Under the pieces are notes generated by a model. That model was not told the origin of the DNA. It worked only from the letters and a program-made list of their open reading frames with translations, and did no database searches. This document shows, one piece after another, positions 61,698 through 64,000 of a stretch of 64,000 bases of DNA (position 1 is the stretch's first letter; the number at the start of each line of letters is the position of its first letter). This DNA is from an uncultured Actinomycetota bacterium (GTDB lineage: Bacteria; Actinomycetota; Actinomycetes; Actinomycetales; Dermatophilaceae). The position numbers were made by a program, and so were the translations under genes. The stretch spans positions 97,201-161,200 of the forward strand of contig CAVZBX010000006.1 of the NCBI GenBank assembly GCA_963773655.1, in the 5' to 3' direction.

Positions 61698-63528
61698 ATG
61701 GCGACGCTGCCCACCCCGGCGCGCACTGCCGGCGACGGCCCCGTCGCCCGCACCGGTCCGCCCACCGACCGTCCGGCGGGCGCGGTACGCCGCGCCGCCG
61801 AGGCCCGTGAGCTGCTACGGCGCCTGGAGCCGCCGCTCGGCCGGCCGCAGCGGGTCACCGAGCTGCGCTTCTCCGGCGCCGGGCTCGTCACCGGCCTGTT
61901 CTTCCTCACCATCTCGCTGCTGCCCTCGCTGCTCCCCCGCGACGCGGTCGTCCAGGGCGTCATCTCCGGGGTCAGCCTGTTCGTGGGGTACGGCATCGGC
62001 ACCGGGGTCTCCTCGCTCTACCGCTACCTCCGCTTCCCCGAGGTGCCCCACCGGCTGCGCGCCGTGCTACTCGCCCTCACCGTCGGGGTGGTGCTCGTTC
62101 TCGCCGTGCTCGCGGTGTGGAAGCAGGTGGGGTGGCAGAACGACATCCGCCGGCTCTACGGCATGGAGCCGATCGGCCCGGGCGGCTGGCCGCTCGTCCT
62201 CGCCGTCACCCTGCTCGTCGCGGCCGGCGGGCTGGTGCTCACCCGCCTCAGCCGCGCGGCGTTCCGGCGGGTGCGGCGCCTCCTCGGCCGCCGCCTCTCC
62301 CGCGAGCTGTCCGGGCTGCTCGGGGCGGTGCTCGTGCTCGTCGTCGCGTGGGCGCTGTTCACCGGGGTGCTCGTCAACGGCTTCTTCGGCGCCGCCAACG
62401 CGCTGTCCGCCCCGCCCGACCGCACCATCAGCCCCGGCCAGCAGCCCCCCACCTCGCAGGCGCGCTCGGGCGGCCCCGGGTCGCTCGTCGCCTGGGAGGA
62501 CCTCGGGCGCGAGGGCCGCAACTTCGTCTCGGGGGGCCCGAGAGTCGAGGACATCGACGCGGTCACGGGGGGCGGGGCGAAGCTGCCGGTCCGGGTGTAC
62601 GTGGGCCTGCGCAACGCCGACACCGTCGAGGAGCGGGCCCGGCTCGTCGTCGAGGAGCTCAGGCGCACCGGCGGGTTCGACCGGAGGATCCTCGTCGTCG
62701 CGACGACCACCGGCACCGGCTACCTGGACCGCAACGGCACCGACCCGCTCGAGTTCATGTGGAACGGTGACACCGCGATCGCCGGCGTGCAGTACTCCTA
62801 CCTCCCGAGCTGGATCTCGCTGCTCGCCGACCAGGAGGCGGCGGCCACGACCTCCCGGGCCGTCTTCGACGCCGTCCAGGCGTACTGGTCCACCCTGCCG
62901 GTGGACGACCGTCCGCGGCTCTACCTCTACGGGCTGTCGCTCGGCTCCTACGGCGTGGAGAGCATCCTCGGCTCGATCAACATGATCAACGAGCCCATCG
63001 ACGGCGCCCTGCTCGTGGGGCCACCGTTCGTCAACCCCGTCCACGACCAGCTGGTCGCCGACCGGGACCCCGGGAGCCCGGCGTGGCTGCCGACCTACGG
63101 CAAGGGCCGGACGGTGCGCTTCACCGCGGAGCAGAACGGCCTGGAGCGCAGCGCGACCCCGTGGGGGCCCACCCGGATCGTCTACCTCCAGCACGCCTCC
63201 GACCCGGTCGTCTTCTTCAACCAGGACCTCGCCTTCACGCCGCCCCAGTGGCTCCGTGACGGCCAGCGGGGCCCCGACGTGTCGCCCCAGATGGGCTGGT
63301 TCCCGCTGGTCACCATGGTGCAGGTGCTGCTGGACCTGCCGGGGGCGGGGAACGTGCCGATGGGGTACGGCCACCTGTACTCCGCCACCGCCAACATGAC
63401 CGCGTGGGCGGCCATCACGGAGCCGCCGGAGTGGTCCGACGAACGCGCGTCGCGAGCTGTCGGCGGTGCTCGAGGTGCGGCCGCACCCGTACAGCAAGAC
63501 CCACCCGCTGCCGCCCGGCCAGGAGTAG
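61698..63528 (+). pseudogene. Membrane-anchored alpha/beta-hydrolase family protein (Abhydrolase_9-like), with an apparent 1-nt insertion near 63450. Not present in the supplied ORF track.
   Basis: GAGGAGG at 61687-61693 precedes ATG 61698. The N-terminal TM domain (LVTGLFFLTISLLPSLLP..., LLALTVGVVLVLAVLAVW) is followed by a hydrolase domain with LYLYGLSLGSYG (GxSxG). After ...EPPEWSDERA the frame must shift +1 to read RELSAVLEVRPHPYSKTHPLPPGQE-TAG (63526-63528). Otherwise the frame runs antisense through the next gene to the window end. Confidence 0.7.
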
Positions 63529-63575
63529 GCCCGCCCGTCGACGAGCGCGTGCCCGACCTCGGCCCGCGGACGCCG

Positions 63576-64000
63576 TCAGGAGAACGGCTCCTCGCCCGGC
63601 GGGATGACCCGCAGCCACCGGCCCTCGTACGGCTCGAGCACCACCTCGACCGCCCCACCGTCACCGACCGGCTGCTCGTCACCGGGGCCCAGTACGTCGT
63701 GGAGCACCAGCCCCTCGGCGTCCTCGAGCCGGACCGACACCGTCGCGGCGTCGCCGGAGAGGTTGTGCAGCGCGAGCATCCGCCACCCGTCGCACCGGGT
63801 CACGTGGGCGAGGACCGCCGGGGCGTCGTGGTCGAGCACCTCGATCGTGGACCAGCCGAGCTCGGGCATCTGCCGGTAGCGGCGGACGAGGGTGCGGATG
63901 AAGGTCCACAGCGAGTCGGGGTCGCGCCGCTGGTCGGCGACGTTGACCCGCTCGGGCCCGAACTCGCCCCGCGTCACCGGCCGTGCGAGCCGCCGCTTGG
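63576..64000 (-). CDS. C-terminal part of an alpha-amylase (GH13) family protein, possibly trehalose synthase-like; 5' end lies outside the window.
   Basis: ...NVADQRRDPDSLWTFIRTLVRRYRQMPELGWSTIEVL...MLALHNLSGDAATVSVRL...LEPYEGRWLRV resembles the GH13 C-terminal beta-sandwich region. The ORF stays open to the window edge. Confidence 0.55.
   Translation of the reverse strand, partial: KRRLARPVTRGEFGPERVNVADQRRDPDSLWTFIRTLVRRYRQMPELGWSTIEVLDHDAPAVLAHVTRCDGWRMLALHNLSGDAATVSVRLEDAEGLVLHDVLGPGDEQPVGDGGAVEVVLEPYEGRWLRVIPPGEEPFS

Noticed and set aside
61438-62985. 515-aa plus-strand ORF from the track.
   Set aside because: It is a Ser/Arg/Pro/Cys-rich off-frame shadow. The real gene is in the neighbouring frame starting at ATG 61698, with TM helices and a GxSxG hydrolase motif.

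Overview
Very GC-rich, actinobacterial-type chromosomal segment. The phylum call rests on GTG starts, a mycothiol-type DinB enzyme, ATPase-less sugar ABC loci and heavy shadow ORFs on both strands; genus cannot be assigned, and no homology search or computation was possible. All calls come from reading motifs in the translations and the raw sequence. I support about 55 protein genes, 3 tRNAs (Ser-GCT, Ser-TGA, Gly-CCC), several hairpin terminators and three in-frame tandem repeats. There is no rRNA, CRISPR array, transposase or integrase.

Gene content, in order:
- Polyol/sugar utilisation locus: SDR, two ABC permeases, a lipoprotein binding protein, an AraC regulator and a mannitol-dehydrogenase-family enzyme.
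- A class-B PBP, cspA, and USP/LacI/cupin genes.
- cysE-cysK, followed by a large membrane Fe-S (CCG-domain) reductase.
- An osmoprotectant ABC transporter, dcd-cutA, and a long acyl-CoA dehydrogenase.
- A CopD/CtaG fusion, a MarR + DHA2 efflux pair, and a YCII + ECF42-type sigma pair.
- The bkdABC 2-oxoacid dehydrogenase operon.

Most interesting locus: 18071-23440 is a translationally coupled, apparently fully cytoplasmic four-gene operon. It encodes an S8 subtilase with a (GYGSGV)x9 linker, an ECF sigma factor, a 165-aa unknown protein and a TPR-CHAT caspase-like protease. I read it as a candidate, uncharacterised protease-gated sigma-factor switch. It resembles the accessory gene set of type III-E CRISPR loci but has no CRISPR/Cas component.

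Secondary points:
- A tRNA-Gly-adjacent patch encodes a 10x FG-GAP + PBP4 (S13) fusion.
- The Fe-S reductase carries a DPWD(E/Q)P-repeat tail with a near-perfect 90-bp x3.3 duplication.
- Both tRNA-Ser genes have 15-nt duplications of their 3' ends nearby.
- Seven single-base frame disruptions fall in five otherwise well-conserved genes (GNAT x2, membrane protein, cysK, Fe-S reductase x2, membrane alpha/beta hydrolase). These are either assembly errors or real pseudogenisation.
- One real gene (61698-63528) is absent from the supplied ORF track, because its disrupted frame runs off the window end.
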